A stretch of 59,876 nt of DNA, taken from the NCBI GenBank assembly GCA_964456305.1, contig CAYWAT010000001.1, positions 23,001 to 82,876 on the forward strand. Reading direction: 5' to 3'. This document shows, in pieces, positions 1 to 10,161 of the stretch. The stretch comes from an uncultured Polyangiales bacterium (lineage in GTDB: Bacteria; Myxococcota_A; Polyangia; Polyangiales; CAYWAT01). The position numbers and the translations under genes are program-made. The notes beneath the pieces are model-generated. The model saw only the letters and a list, made by a program, of their open reading frames with translations, did not search any database and was not told where the DNA came from. The first letter of the stretch is position 1; each line of letters begins with the position of its first letter.

Positions 1-680
1 CCAGAGACGGTAGGGTTGACACGACCGTAGTTCGCGACCGAAGGAGGGTTAAGATAAATCGCAAACTCGGGTGTAACGGAATTTCCCCATTCGGACACAC
101 TGCGGCCACCAAGATCGCCATCAACACCGATACGGTTGGCGTTGACGTCGTAGACGTAACCCGCCAAGCCATCGAGGCGTAGCTCGACGACGGCGTCGGT
201 GCCTGAGGCGCCGCCGGGGACAATGGCGTAGAAACTGCCGTAGGTGGCGCGGTCCGAGGAGAACGCACCCGCGTTGAATTGCCAGTTATACGAGAAGACA
301 CGGCCGCCGCTTGTGCTTTGCCCAAGCACAGCGATATCCCAGACATTGCCCACCACTTGCGAGCTGTTGACGACCAGTTTGTACACGCCATTGCCCTGGC
401 TTGGGGCGATGCTTTGGCCAGAAGACAGCGTACCCATAGCGGTGCCATCAGGAGCACTGACGTCAACAGTGCCCACGCCGGTCCATTGGATGGATTCGGC
501 GTTTGCGTCGAGGATATCGACGTAGAGTTCTGTGCCTCCTCGCAGTGCTTGAGTTGTATTGAGTTCGTTCGTACCCTCGGCAAAGACCGATGAGCTCCAC
601 ACGCAGACTAGGAGAACTAAGCTGCACAAATGCACCAGAGATGCGACGTATGATGTGTTGTTGAAACTGCCCTTTTTCAT
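1..680 (-). CDS. secreted protein of unknown function (N-terminal part; gene runs off the left edge)
   Basis: The minus-strand frame is open from ATG 680..678 to the window edge; it is absent from the ORF track because it has no stop in the window. My translation starts MKKGSFNNTSYVASLVHLCSLVLLVCVWSSSVFAEG. That gives a basic n-region, a hydrophobic core and a small-residue cleavage site, typical of a Sec signal peptide. The rest is Gly/Val/Asn/Ser-rich. No family recognised. Confidence 0.6.
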   Translation of the reverse strand, partial: MKKGSFNNTSYVASLVHLCSLVLLVCVWSSSVFAEGTNELNTTQALRGGTELYVDILDANAESIQWTGVGTVDVSAPDGTAMGTLSSGQSIAPSQGNGVYKLVVNSSQVVGNVWDIAVLGQSTSGGRVFSYNWQFNAGAFSSDRATYGSFYAIVPGGASGTDAVVELRLDGLAGYVYDVNANRIGVDGDLGGRSVSEWGNSVTPEFAIYLNPPSVANYGRVNPTVS

Positions 681-897
681 AATCAGAAAAGAAGAGCATA
701 AGCTGTGCCAATCAAATGCTGTTTCTGTGATCTTTGTGCTGATGTTTTATGATTATGAAATTGCTTGATAAAAATATCTTGTCTCAGATTTATTGATACT
801 TATATCAAAGTGTAGGGTGATGTCGTTGTGCCAAAATGAAACAAGGACAATTCTTATATTCCCTGATCGAAACACAGATGTAATCCAGGTCTAAGAC

Positions 898-2364
898 CTA
901 GTTAACCTTTCCAGTTTTCACGGTCTTGTCCCAACGCATTTCGGCGCCGCGCAGCTCTTTGATGTAGGCTCCAAAGGTCACCGCGCATAAAAAGGGACCA
1001 TATCCTCCGATCAGCAGCATCAATGGTGCAAGACGGCGCAATCTCGGTCGAATCTCGGCTTCTTTCGCGCCCCAAGATACCAGCATGGCAATGGAGATCC
1101 ACGAATAAAGAAACGCACGAAACAGTGTAAGCGTTGTTGCACCGACATAAGGCGCGATCAATTCCACTAAAGGTGCGTAAAGCGGGGGCCATAGCGCGTA
1201 GATGATCACACTAAGAGAGATGATTCCAGGAAAAAGAATCCCCTCTAACCAGGTGCGCCGTGCTGACTCCCAGTCCACCACCATCGAAAGCAGGGTAACG
1301 ATCAGATAGACCACCCCGGCGATGACCCAAAAACCACGAAAGAATGACCAGGATAAAGGCTCATTGATACACAACAGTATTAATAAACCTAAGGATGTGC
1401 CGATTTGAAACAAGGGCATCAAAAAGATGGAAAACCATAAAATCCCCATCGAAAAGGATCCCATAAAAGGATGGGCATCGCGATTGAACCACAGGCGTCG
1501 GAATACCGAGGTGATTTGTACATTGCCCCGCGCCCAACGCAGGCGCTGTTTCCATAAGCCCAAAAGGTCGTCGGGTTCCTCCGCGTAAACGATGGCATGG
1601 GGTTCAAAGAGAGCCTTGCGACCGTTGAGCTGGGTACGAAAAGTAGTGAAGGTATCTTCGGCGAGGGTGTTGCTAAAAATCTCCCCACCGATGGCCATCA
1701 TATTTTCGCGACTATGCAGCTGGGCTCCGCCGGATAGGCAAGCCAAAAAGCCCAGCACATTTTGCGCACGTCGTGAAGCTCCGGTGGCGGTGATGTATTC
1801 GAAACCGATGTAACGCTGCACATAGTTAGGACGCTGACTGCCTTCTTTAATATAGGCAGTCACGGCGCCCACTTTGGGATCGGCAAAATGGCGAGCCATG
1901 CGTCCTAGCGAATCGGGGGTGTAGATCACATCGGCGTCCATGATGAGAACCGACTCGGTCCAGTCGCTGCGCCACAGATACTGCAAACCATAGTTGAGAG
2001 TGTGCGCTTTGCCCTCGCCACCAGCCACACGACGAATATGAAAGACCCGGTTGGGAAAACGCTTTGATTTTTCGATAACGATATGTGGCGTTTCATCGCT
2101 TGAGGCATCGTCCACCACAAATACGCGCAGGCGATCTTTGGGATAGTGCAGCCGCATCAAGCGCTCGATGGTGGTGCCGATGACCGCCCCTTCATTCCAT
2201 GCTGGGATGATAATGCTTACACGTGGAAAACGTTGTCCGGCCCGTTCGAGATGCGTCGCGAAGAGGGAGACCATCACCAAGAGGTATTGGTAAAGTCCTG
2301 CTAGCACTGGCACTGTGCCCAAGCACACGAGGATGATGCAGACAATGCTAAGGGCAGTGAGCAC
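898..2364 (-). CDS. membrane-integrated processive family-2 glycosyltransferase (BcsA/PgaC/NodC-like synthase, no PilZ domain)
   Basis: 488 aa. An N-terminal TM segment is followed by a GT-A domain with IIIPAWNE, VVDDASSDET, MDADV and QRLRWARG (the Q-x-x-R-W signature of processive beta-glycosyltransferases), then about five hydrophobic helices. GTG start. Confidence 0.85.
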   Translation of the reverse strand: MLTALSIVCIILVCLGTVPVLAGLYQYLLVMVSLFATHLERAGQRFPRVSIIIPAWNEGAVIGTTIERLMRLHYPKDRLRVFVVDDASSDETPHIVIEKSKRFPNRVFHIRRVAGGEGKAHTLNYGLQYLWRSDWTESVLIMDADVIYTPDSLGRMARHFADPKVGAVTAYIKEGSQRPNYVQRYIGFEYITATGASRRAQNVLGFLACLSGGAQLHSRENMMAIGGEIFSNTLAEDTFTTFRTQLNGRKALFEPHAIVYAEEPDDLLGLWKQRLRWARGNVQITSVFRRLWFNRDAHPFMGSFSMGILWFSIFLMPLFQIGTSLGLLILLCINEPLSWSFFRGFWVIAGVVYLIVTLLSMVVDWESARRTWLEGILFPGIISLSVIIYALWPPLYAPLVELIAPYVGATTLTLFRAFLYSWISIAMLVSWGAKEAEIRPRLRRLAPLMLLIGGYGPFLCAVTFGAYIKELRGAEMRWDKTVKTGKVN

Positions 2365-2444
2365 GCGACGAGGGTAACGTAGTTACTTCATGCCCTCAAA
2401 AACTCAGCTCTTATGGATTGTGAGGGGATGACAATGCTTTTTTA

Positions 2445-3584
2445 TCAAGGCGAAGGCGTGTGTAATCGCAGCCTTGTCGAAGATGTTTTGCGCTGATCTT
2501 TATATGGTTTAGGGGGTAACGTGGGCGCGGTTACAGTGCTCATCGGCGTGGCCTGATAACCGATCATATGCTCAACATCCTGTGGGCGAATGAAACGCTC
2601 TTCGAGGAAGCGCACCACAGCGATTTCGGCGAATTCGCCGACGCTTCGTTTGGGACTTATTCCTTGCAATTCTTCGATCGCGAGGCGTGGCATGTTAATG
2701 CCGCTAGCCACGGTGAGGGGCATGGTGCCGGGAATGCGCGGATTGATTTCGAGTAGGCAAGCGTTGCCCTCAGCATCGCGTCGGAACTGAACATTGATCA
2801 CGAAGCGTAACTTGAGACCTTCTGCCACTTTGGTAGCGGCGCTGATGAGTTCCTGATCTTTGACGGTACAGCTCATCACCGCAACACCGGAATCCACCTT
2901 GAGTCGCTTGCGTGGCACAGCGGCAAGGGCTTCTCCTGTGGAACTTAAGAGTACGTCGACTGAGTACTCTTCGCCGGGCAAATACTCTTGCACAATCCAT
3001 TGGTCGTTGCGTTCGATGAGGTCGAGCTCGTCCGTGCTGCGGATGATGCGAAAGCCACGTGAGCCACTGCCGCTGCGTGGCTTGAGGATAAAGGGAAGCT
3101 GCCACTGGCTGGCATCAAAGTAATCATCAAAGAGGGCCGTCTTTGGAAGGAGTGCAAGGCCTTGGCAGCGTTGAGCAAAGTCCCATTTGTCGAGGCAATG
3201 ACCCAGGCTTTGCTCATCGCCCGCGAGCAATATCATGATGCCATGCTCTTCAAAGCGAATTCGTTCTGCAGCCAGAGGAATCAACTCTGAATCTACCGTG
3301 GGCACCAAAATATGAATCCCGCGTGTTTGACATTCATTGAGTACCGTATCGACAAAGTCTTCGGATTTGCCTGCGGGTAAACGCATCCGTTGAGATGGCG
3401 GAACTAGGTAAAGACCGGCGGCATGTGCATCCATATCGGCAGCATGAATTTGCACATTGCTCTCACGTAGTGCTTTCATCAGCGAAATCGCGGCAGGTCC
3501 TCCTGCCCCGGTGACAAGCACTTTAGTTGCGGATTCACGATGAGTATTCTGCATCACGTCAAAAAAGTGCAAATCGTGCACCAA
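2445..3584 (-). CDS. ATP-grasp family ligase
   Basis: Motifs are KVLVTGAGGPAAISLMKAL (N-lobe), PFILKPRSGSGSRGF (Gly-rich ATP loop), QEYLPGEEYSVDV and LLEINPRIPG (E-x-N metal/ATP site). The start is uncertain (TTG 3584 or ATG 3554). It lies directly upstream of the GT2 gene, co-oriented. Confidence 0.75.
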   Translation of the reverse strand: MVHDLHFFDVMQNTHRESATKVLVTGAGGPAAISLMKALRESNVQIHAADMDAHAAGLYLVPPSQRMRLPAGKSEDFVDTVLNECQTRGIHILVPTVDSELIPLAAERIRFEEHGIMILLAGDEQSLGHCLDKWDFAQRCQGLALLPKTALFDDYFDASQWQLPFILKPRSGSGSRGFRIIRSTDELDLIERNDQWIVQEYLPGEEYSVDVLLSSTGEALAAVPRKRLKVDSGVAVMSCTVKDQELISAATKVAEGLKLRFVINVQFRRDAEGNACLLEINPRIPGTMPLTVASGINMPRLAIEELQGISPKRSVGEFAEIAVVRFLEERFIRPQDVEHMIGYQATPMSTVTAPTLPPKPYKDQRKTSSTRLRLHTPSP

Positions 3585-3697
3585 CTTGAATGTGTTTTAA
3601 TTGATTGCTCCAGGAGCAGGAAAACAGTGCTTATCTCTATCATGCTAATAGCTATACATGTTTTTTCTTTTTCCATTATGGAATGCTCTGTTTCAAA

Positions 3698-4465
3698 ATG
3701 AAACGCGACTGTTTCATTTTGGGTAGTCTAAAGTGCGTTGCTTATCTTGTTTTTCTGTTTTGTATGTTCTCTTGCGAGGCTTTCAGAGGAGGAAAATCAT
3801 TGCCCGTTCCTGAAGCTTGGGCATCTCATAAAATTCATTTTGCCGAACGCGACTGGTATGCACGCCATAGTGATGTGCTTGTCGCTGCTGGGCCAAATCG
3901 ATGGAGTTCGACCTCAGATTCGCTTAGCGTGAACGACCAAGATCAGCTGACAATGCGCATTATCAATCGCGATTATCGTTGGTATGCCAGTGAGATAAGC
4001 ACGCCTTGGCCTTTTGAGCATGGCGCTATGCAGGCTTTGCTGGAAGGTCCTTTGGGTGAGTTGGATGCCAATGTTATTTTTGGCTTTTTCTTATATAAAA
4101 ACGATCATAGCGAACTTGATATCGAGCTTGGGACTTGGGGGAAGTTCAGTGATTACAACGCTCAGTTTGTGGTGGCTCCCCCCATCGAAGCGTCACGCTT
4201 ACATCGTTTTGCGTTGCCCGAAGAGTGTCATAAAGCGATGACATCCATTTGTTTTGGTTCGCGTTATTTTGTCTTTCGTTGGCAGTGTGAAGGTGGTGCG
4301 ATCACGACATGGCGGCATGCGACCACCTTTGTCCCCGAGCCCAGGCAGCATCATGTACACCTCAATCTTTGGATGTTTAAAACCCGTCCACCTCAACAAC
4401 GCAAGTCCGTGGCGATTAAGATTCACGAGGTACGATTTATACCTACAGACTCTTGTACTAATTAG
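3698..4465 (+). CDS. GH16-like (concanavalin-A-fold) glycoside hydrolase lipoprotein
   Basis: The internal ATG at 3698 gives MKRDCFILGSLKCVAYLVFLFCMFSC, a signal peptide with a lipobox-like Cys. The motif NDHSELDIELGTWG matches the GH16 E-x-D-x-E catalytic signature. The ORF-track start at 3605 lies in an AT-rich divergent promoter region and is probably too far upstream. Confidence 0.55.
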   Translation: MKRDCFILGSLKCVAYLVFLFCMFSCEAFRGGKSLPVPEAWASHKIHFAERDWYARHSDVLVAAGPNRWSSTSDSLSVNDQDQLTMRIINRDYRWYASEISTPWPFEHGAMQALLEGPLGELDANVIFGFFLYKNDHSELDIELGTWGKFSDYNAQFVVAPPIEASRLHRFALPEECHKAMTSICFGSRYFVFRWQCEGGAITTWRHATTFVPEPRQHHVHLNLWMFKTRPPQQRKSVAIKIHEVRFIPTDSCTN

Positions 4466-4485
4466 TCAATATATAAGCAAAGAAT

Positions 4486-4501
4486 TGGCATGGAGTTCGC
4501 A
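4486..4501 (+). promoter_or_regulatory. candidate sigma-54 (-24/-12) promoter, TGGCAT-N5-TCGCA
   Basis: TGGCATGGAGTTCGCA has the GG (4487-4488) and GC (4499-4500) dinucleotides at the canonical 12-nt offset. Caveat: the predicted transcription start would be only about 3-4 nt before the GTG start at 4515, leaving no room for a leader. Patterns of this looseness are also expected several times by chance in 60 kb. Confidence 0.2.
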
Positions 4502-4514
4502 TCGTATATAAGGT

Positions 4515-5621
4515 GTGAATGAAGTATCATCCCGTGCCCGCATACTCCTGGTCGAGGATTCTTCCGAGCAAGCTCTGTTGGTTGAAACCTGGCTTGTTCG
4601 TCATGCTGGTTATCAAGTTATAACGGTTGCTTCCTGTGCTGAGGCCATCAAGGCACTATACAGTCAGCCCTACGATCTGGCTTTGATCGATATTGAACTT
4701 CCCGATGGCATTGGGATTGATGTCGCTCTAGCTGCAAAGAAGGCCAATGCACATATCTGCACCATGGTCATGACAGCGCACACGCAGTTTGATTACGCTT
4801 TGCAAGCTATGCGCTCACAGGTGGACGAGTTCATGGTCAAGCCACTGAATCGTGAGCAATTGATCGATTCGGTTCATTCCTTGTTGGAACGCGCTTCGAT
4901 GCGACAGAACCTTCACCGTCGCACGATTCTTGCTGTAGGGGCGCATCCGGACGATGTCGAAATCGGCTGCGGCGGGATTCTTTTGCGCCATGCATCCTTA
5001 GGTGATCGTATTGTAATTCTCACGCTTACCAGCGGTGAAAGCGGCGGCGATGTGTCCACTCGGGCTCAAGAAGCACAATGGGTTGCTAAGGAAATGGGCG
5101 CTGAACTGCGCATGGAAAATTTTCAAGATACGCGTTTGTCGTCGGGGATTGATACAATTGATGTGATTTCAAAAACTGTGCGTGAGCTTGATCCCAATAT
5201 TGTGTACACGCATTCAGAGCACGATCTGCATCAAGACCATCGCGCTGCGCATCAAGCCACCTTGGTTGCGTCCCGTTTGGTGACGAATGTGCTTTGTTAC
5301 CAGAGTCCCTCGAGTACAACGGCCTTTTGCCCGTCGCTCTATGTAGATATCGAAGAGCTAATTCCACGCAAGCTGCGCTTGATTGAAGCCTATGCGTCGC
5401 AAACAGCGAAGTGCAGTTATTTACAACCCGATTTGATTCAAGCTACGGCGCGTTACTGGGGGCGTTTTGCTGGGTATCGCCATGTTGAACCTCTAGAAGT
5501 TGTGCGGGCAATGGATTATCGCTGGTCGCGCGGGTCATCGATGCAACCCGCTGCATCGGCTTCATTTCAAGGTCGCAAGGTCGATACGTCTTTGCCCTGC
5601 ACGCGTGCTTTATCGAGATAA
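4515..5621 (+). CDS. response-regulator receiver fused to PIG-L/LmbE-family N-acetylglucosaminyl deacetylase
   Basis: The N-terminal REC has an intact acidic pocket (LLVEDS), the phospho-acceptor context [11 protein letters not shown], Thr (MTAH) and Lys (VKPL). The C-terminal part carries the PIG-L signature [15 protein letters not shown] and the zinc-site motif [17 protein letters not shown] start. Confidence 0.85.
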   Translation: MNEVSSRARILLVEDSSEQALLVETWLVRHAGYQVITVASCAEAIKALYSQPYDLALIDIELPDGIGIDVALAAKKANAHICTMVMTAHTQFDYALQAMRSQVDEFMVKPLNREQLIDSVHSLLERASMRQNLHRRTILAVGAHPDDVEIGCGGILLRHASLGDRIVILTLTSGESGGDVSTRAQEAQWVAKEMGAELRMENFQDTRLSSGIDTIDVISKTVRELDPNIVYTHSEHDLHQDHRAAHQATLVASRLVTNVLCYQSPSSTTAFCPSLYVDIEELIPRKLRLIEAYASQTAKCSYLQPDLIQATARYWGRFAGYRHVEPLEVVRAMDYRWSRGSSMQPAASASFQGRKVDTSLPCTRALSR

Positions 5622-8428
5622 GCGCCGAGCGATCCGCAGATCTTTCGGGCAAGAGCTGCGTTATTTTGTTTCGCGGCTTGCTCTAATTGAGCTCCAAGTT
5701 CCGATACCTTTGTGACGCCATACAATGTTCCTGAGCCCTTCATGTTGTGACCCACCCGACGCACTTGCTCAAAATCGCCTGCCTGAATGAGTGTTGGGAT
5801 ATTTTTAATATCGCGTTTTCTGCTCTCTAAATAGCCTGGCAATAACTCCGCCACGTCGTCATCATCGACCTGGATCCAAAAGGGCTCGTTGTGAGACGAG
5901 TCGCTTTCCTGTTGTGTGTGCGCGGCATCTGAAAAGGAGGGGTGTAATTGCTCGATATCGGTATCACGATCACCGACTGTGATCGTGTCGTATTGACTCC
6001 TCGTGTTTTGGGCAGACACGGCTTCGTCGATGAGCTCAACGAGCTGTGCAAGTCGAAAAGGCTTTGCCAGTTGTCGTGAACAACCTGCATCAAAACATCG
6101 CTTTTTGATTTCCGAAGTGTCGTGAGCGGTGGTGGCGATAAGGGGGATGTTTTGAATGTTGGGTAGCATGCGAAGTTTGGCGGCCAGGTCCCACCCCTTC
6201 ATATCGGGAAGTTCAACGTCGAGGAGAATAACATCAAGACGATGCGACTGAGCGATGCTAAGCGCCTGGTTTGCAGTTTCGGCGCTGAGCACTTGGTAGC
6301 GCCCTGTGGTTTGCAGCATGCGCTCCATGACCAGTCGGTTTTCTACGAAGTCGTCAACAATCAGCACTGTTGGAAAATTAGCAACCCATGATGCGACGGT
6401 TTCGGCGAGGACTTGGCGTTGCACGGGTTTGGTAAGGTAGTCATTCATGCCCACGCTGAAGCATCGGTCGCGATAATCTTTAAGCGCATGCGCGGTTAGA
6501 GCGATAATGGGCACGCGGGTGATCCATGCATCTTTTTCCCATTTGCGAATGCGTTCTGTGACTTCAAACCCAGTTGTATCGGGGAGATCAATGTCCATAA
6601 TAATGGCATCAAATATACCGGATAAAGCGAGCTGCTCTCCTTCCGCACCTGTTTTAGCTAAAGTGACTTTAAATCCTGATTTGCTTAGCACTTGGTTGAT
6701 ATACAGTTGATTGTCTTCGTTGTCCTCAACCACCAGAATAGCTTCTCCATTTCCTGCCGAAACTGGGTGCATGGTTGTGCCTGTGGTCGAAAAGAATTTC
6801 TTTGTCTGGATTTCTTTATCCCGACTCATTGCCTGATGAATGGCTTCTTTGAGGGGTGCGAGTCGCACAGGCTTGGGAATGGAAGGGATGCTTTGGATAT
6901 CGTGAATAGGGCTCTTAAATGTAGTTAGCGGTGCAATAAAAACCGTTGGTATATTTCGCTCGATGGTTTTTAAAAATGAGAGAATGCGTCGTTGATGCTC
7001 GTAAGAGCTGTCGACGATAAGCAGGTCAATCTTTTCATTGTGCAAAATGCTTGAAATTGCAGACTGATCATGTGCCATGGCGACATCCCAGTTCCATGAC
7101 TGGAGAATGTTTCTGAGTGATTGATTGCTTGCCAGTTTGGTATTCGCCCAAAAAGCTGCTTTTTTATGGCTCCCTTTGAAATCGATGTCATCGGCCTTGC
7201 GAGGCATGATCGATGCCTCGATGATAGGGAAAGACAACTTGACAATGAAGGATGAACCTTTGTTTAGCGAGCTCTCGAGTTCCAGAGAACCATGCATAAT
7301 ACTAATAATTGAACGCGTGATGCTTAAGCCTAGTCCTGTGCCTCCATAGGTGCGATTTGTTGCATTGTTGGCTTGGACGAAACGGTCGAAAATAGCATTT
7401 TGCCGGTCAGCAGCGATGCCAATGCCAGTATCTTCTATGCATAGTTGACACTGCCATAGTCCGTCTTGAAGATCGGTACTTTGGCTTACTCGCACAATGA
7501 CATGACCTTGAGATGTAAATTTAACCGCGTTGCCAATGAGGTTAAACAAAACCTGGCGAATGCGCGCTGGGTCGCCGATGACTCGGTCAGGAGGAAAGAC
7601 GTCCCACATCACACATAGTTCCAATTTTTTGGATTCTGCCTTTCCAGAAAAAGATTCGACGACGTCTTCGATGACTTCAACTAGAGAAAAGGGTGTTGAT
7701 TCAAGGGCGATTTGTCCTGATTCGATTTTGGAAAGATCGAGAATATCGTTGATCAGTGATAAGAGCGCTTCGGAGCTTGCTTCGACAGATCGTAGGTAGC
7801 GCGCTTGCTCATTTGAAAGGTCGGTGAGAGAAAGCAGGTCAGACATACCAAGAATGGCGTTAAGAGGAGTGCGTATTTCATGACTCATCACTGCTAAGAA
7901 ATTTGATTTCGCGCGATTGGCTTCTTCTGCATCATTTTTCGCCTGCAGGAGCTTTTCATTCATGTCGTGTATTTTTTGTGCGTTCTTTTGTGATTCTGCG
8001 ATGCTTGAGGTTAATTGGCTTAGTAAGTTCAAGTATTCTGCGAGAGGATTGTGAGCCGCAAAATCATTTTCTTGTAGACCTTTTTCTGTGAGTTCGTTCA
8101 GCGATGTAATCCATGGCGAACCAAGATAGAGATATCCTTTGCTGAGTTGCACAAACTGACCGCGTAATAGTAGTCGTTTTTGTCGTTCTTCAAGAAGATA
8201 GATTTTGCCTACATGCTGGTAAATGTTGTCGTCTGTAAGCTCGTCCTCTGCATGCACAGATTGAAAATAACAACTGATGGTTGTTCCTTGCTTAATCTGC
8301 GGAAGGGCTTTGCGTAAACTGCGACCGGTTTCTTGAATGCGTCCTTGGTTATCAATGTAGATAAAAAATGGAAATATGTTTTTGATGTTCTCGTCTTTAA
8401 GTGCGTATTTATCCTGTTTTATGTGCAT
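5567..8428 (-). CDS. cytoplasmic hybrid histidine kinase: HNOBA-like sensor, HisKA, HATPase_c, pseudo-receiver, two receivers, Hpt
   Basis: There are no TM segments. The N-terminus ([47 protein letters not shown]) resembles the HNOBA domain of soluble guanylate cyclases ([30 protein letters not shown]). H-box: [14 protein letters not shown]-boxes: DTGIGI and GGTGLGLSI. The two receivers have [19 protein letters not shown] and [19 protein letters not shown]. The C-terminal Hpt has GHNMKGSG. Its 3' end overlaps the convergent gene by 55 nt. Confidence 0.9.
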   Translation of the reverse strand: MHIKQDKYALKDENIKNIFPFFIYIDNQGRIQETGRSLRKALPQIKQGTTISCYFQSVHAEDELTDDNIYQHVGKIYLLEERQKRLLLRGQFVQLSKGYLYLGSPWITSLNELTEKGLQENDFAAHNPLAEYLNLLSQLTSSIAESQKNAQKIHDMNEKLLQAKNDAEEANRAKSNFLAVMSHEIRTPLNAILGMSDLLSLTDLSNEQARYLRSVEASSEALLSLINDILDLSKIESGQIALESTPFSLVEVIEDVVESFSGKAESKKLELCVMWDVFPPDRVIGDPARIRQVLFNLIGNAVKFTSQGHVIVRVSQSTDLQDGLWQCQLCIEDTGIGIAADRQNAIFDRFVQANNATNRTYGGTGLGLSITRSIISIMHGSLELESSLNKGSSFIVKLSFPIIEASIMPRKADDIDFKGSHKKAAFWANTKLASNQSLRNILQSWNWDVAMAHDQSAISSILHNEKIDLLIVDSSYEHQRRILSFLKTIERNIPTVFIAPLTTFKSPIHDIQSIPSIPKPVRLAPLKEAIHQAMSRDKEIQTKKFFSTTGTTMHPVSAGNGEAILVVEDNEDNQLYINQVLSKSGFKVTLAKTGAEGEQLALSGIFDAIIMDIDLPDTTGFEVTERIRKWEKDAWITRVPIIALTAHALKDYRDRCFSVGMNDYLTKPVQRQVLAETVASWVANFPTVLIVDDFVENRLVMERMLQTTGRYQVLSAETANQALSIAQSHRLDVILLDVELPDMKGWDLAAKLRMLPNIQNIPLIATTAHDTSEIKKRCFDAGCSRQLAKPFRLAQLVELIDEAVSAQNTRSQYDTITVGDRDTDIEQLHPSFSDAAHTQQESDSSHNEPFWIQVDDDDVAELLPGYLESRKRDIKNIPTLIQAGDFEQVRRVGHNMKGSGTLYGVTKVSELGAQLEQAAKQNNAALARKICGSLGAYLDKARVQGKDVSTLRP

Positions 8429-8730
8429 CTGTCTAAATCGTTCAGTGGATTTCGTCTTTGATCATTCACTGTGCTGTGTCTGCGATGATTCTTCTGATGT
8501 CTTTGCGACTTATGTAACCCTTTGATTCAACGCGATGCGGCTGACTCTGCATTTTAGGATGTGTCCTTGATGACGAATTGATGAATTTCGTATTCTTACG
8601 GATAACGATCCAGGTCAGCGTATCATGCGCATAGAGGGAAAATCTACGCTTTCTCTCTGGGCCCACTTTCCTCTTCTCATGAGTGTAAGAGGTTTGTTAC
8701 GCTTTCCATGTGTATTCTGGTGGGCAACAT

Positions 8731-10161
8731 ATGCCGCTCGTCTTGGTCGTGGATGACGATGCGTCGATGCGCATGATTTTAACCAAATGGTTAACGCGCG
8801 CGGGGCTACAGGTTGAAAGTTGCGCCGATGCGGAAAGCCTGATTTTAAAGCTGCCTAACTGTGAACCACAGGCGATTTGCCTGGACTTAGGCCTACCCGG
8901 TATCGATGGTCTTGAGGCGCTGCCGTTGATTCGCAGTTATCACAGCAAGGTCCCGGTGATCGTCTTGACGGCAGAAGAAGGTGTGCAGACGGTGGTGGAA
9001 GCGATGCGCAAAGGCGCCTTTGATTACCTGTCAAAACCGCCTCGTCAGGACAGTTTTTTGAGTTCTGTGCAACGCGCTCTGCGTTGGTTTTCTCTTGTGG
9101 ATCAGTCTTCTGTGTCGCCCTCAGATCCGGTGCATCATGACCCCGTGCATATGATTGGTGTGTGCATGGCAATGCAACGGGTCATTAGTAAGGTTAACAA
9201 AATCGCGCCCACCAATATCACCGTGCACATTCAAGGTGAGAGTGGGACGGGCAAAGAGCTGATCGCGCGGGCTATCCATGCGCGCAGCGAACGCGCGAAG
9301 CATCCTTTTGTGGCTGTAAACTGCGGTGCGATTCCGGAGACGCTGCAAGACTCGGAATTCTTTGGCCATGAGAAAGGCGCGTTCACCGGCGCTGCACGCA
9401 GTAAATCGGGACGTTTCGAGCAGGCCCATGGCGGCACTCTCTTTCTCGATGAAGTGGCTGAGTTGTCTGCCTCTATGCAGGTCAGACTATTGCGGGTGCT
9501 GCAAGAGAGACGCTTTGAACGTGTGGGTGGATCCCGTTTGATTGAATCCAATTTTCGACTTCTCACTGCGACGCATCGCGATTTACAAGCGATGGTAGCG
9601 CGGGGCGAATTCCGCCAAGATCTCTACTTTCGCATCGCGGTTATGGAGGTTGAGTTGCCGCCCTTGCGCGCGCGCGAAGGTGATATCCCTGTTTTGATTC
9701 GAGGGCTCTTAGAGCGTATCGCCCACGAGCGCGGCATTGAAATCCTGACCGTAGAGGATGAGGCGTTGGCCAAGCTCGAAAGCTACGCATGGCCGGGCAA
9801 CATTCGCGAGCTTTACAATGTGTTGCAACGCGCTTCCGTGCTTGCTGAGGACAATTGCATTCGTGTGTGGGACTTACCGCCTCGCGTGCTCGGTCATACG
9901 ACCTTGCCCGAGGCAAGTCCGCAGCCGAAGAAGGAACAACAATCTTTGCAGGACCCAGTGTCCTTGTCCGCTGTGATGTCTTCGTCTTATCCGCCGATGA
10001 ACCTCGAAGAGCTCGAGCGCTGGGCAATTCAGATGGCCCTCAAGAAAACCGGCGGCAATCTCAGTGCTGCAGTCAAGCGGTTGGGCATTGGTCGCACCAC
10101 GCTCTACCGCAAAATCAAGCAGTACAATTTGAAAACCATGCCTCAAGGTGATGCTACATGA
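8731..10161 (+). CDS. sigma-54-dependent response regulator (NtrC/Fis family enhancer-binding protein)
   Basis: REC ([23 protein letters not shown]), AAA+ domain with Walker A GESGTGKE, the sigma-54 contact loop GAFTGA, Walker B LFLDEV, and a C-terminal Fis-type HTH ([20 protein letters not shown]). ATG 8731 is preferred over GTG 8710 because a GGTGGG lies upstream of it. Confidence 0.9.
   Translation: MPLVLVVDDDASMRMILTKWLTRAGLQVESCADAESLILKLPNCEPQAICLDLGLPGIDGLEALPLIRSYHSKVPVIVLTAEEGVQTVVEAMRKGAFDYLSKPPRQDSFLSSVQRALRWFSLVDQSSVSPSDPVHHDPVHMIGVCMAMQRVISKVNKIAPTNITVHIQGESGTGKELIARAIHARSERAKHPFVAVNCGAIPETLQDSEFFGHEKGAFTGAARSKSGRFEQAHGGTLFLDEVAELSASMQVRLLRVLQERRFERVGGSRLIESNFRLLTATHRDLQAMVARGEFRQDLYFRIAVMEVELPPLRAREGDIPVLIRGLLERIAHERGIEILTVEDEALAKLESYAWPGNIRELYNVLQRASVLAEDNCIRVWDLPPRVLGHTTLPEASPQPKKEQQSLQDPVSLSAVMSSSYPPMNLEELERWAIQMALKKTGGNLSAAVKRLGIGRTTLYRKIKQYNLKTMPQGDAT

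Noticed and set aside
695-710. Sigma-54-like motif on the minus strand (TGGCACAGCTTATGCT, correct GG/GC spacing) upstream of the first gene.
   Set aside because: The -12 element is only about 15 nt from the ATG at 680, so the transcript would start at or after the start codon context. It is most likely a chance match.
463-711. An 82-aa minus-strand ORF, plus the plus-strand ORFs at 244..593 in the ORF track.
   Set aside because: A different minus-strand frame is open from 680 to the window edge and encodes a convincing signal peptide. The listed ORFs overlap it and are Arg/Pro-rich with no features.
888-900. The 13-nt perfect palindrome AGGTCTAAGACCT at the GT2 stop codon, considered as a terminator.
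   Set aside because: The loop would be a single nucleotide and no T-run follows, so it cannot form a stable terminator hairpin. It may be a protein-binding site, but there is nothing to support that.
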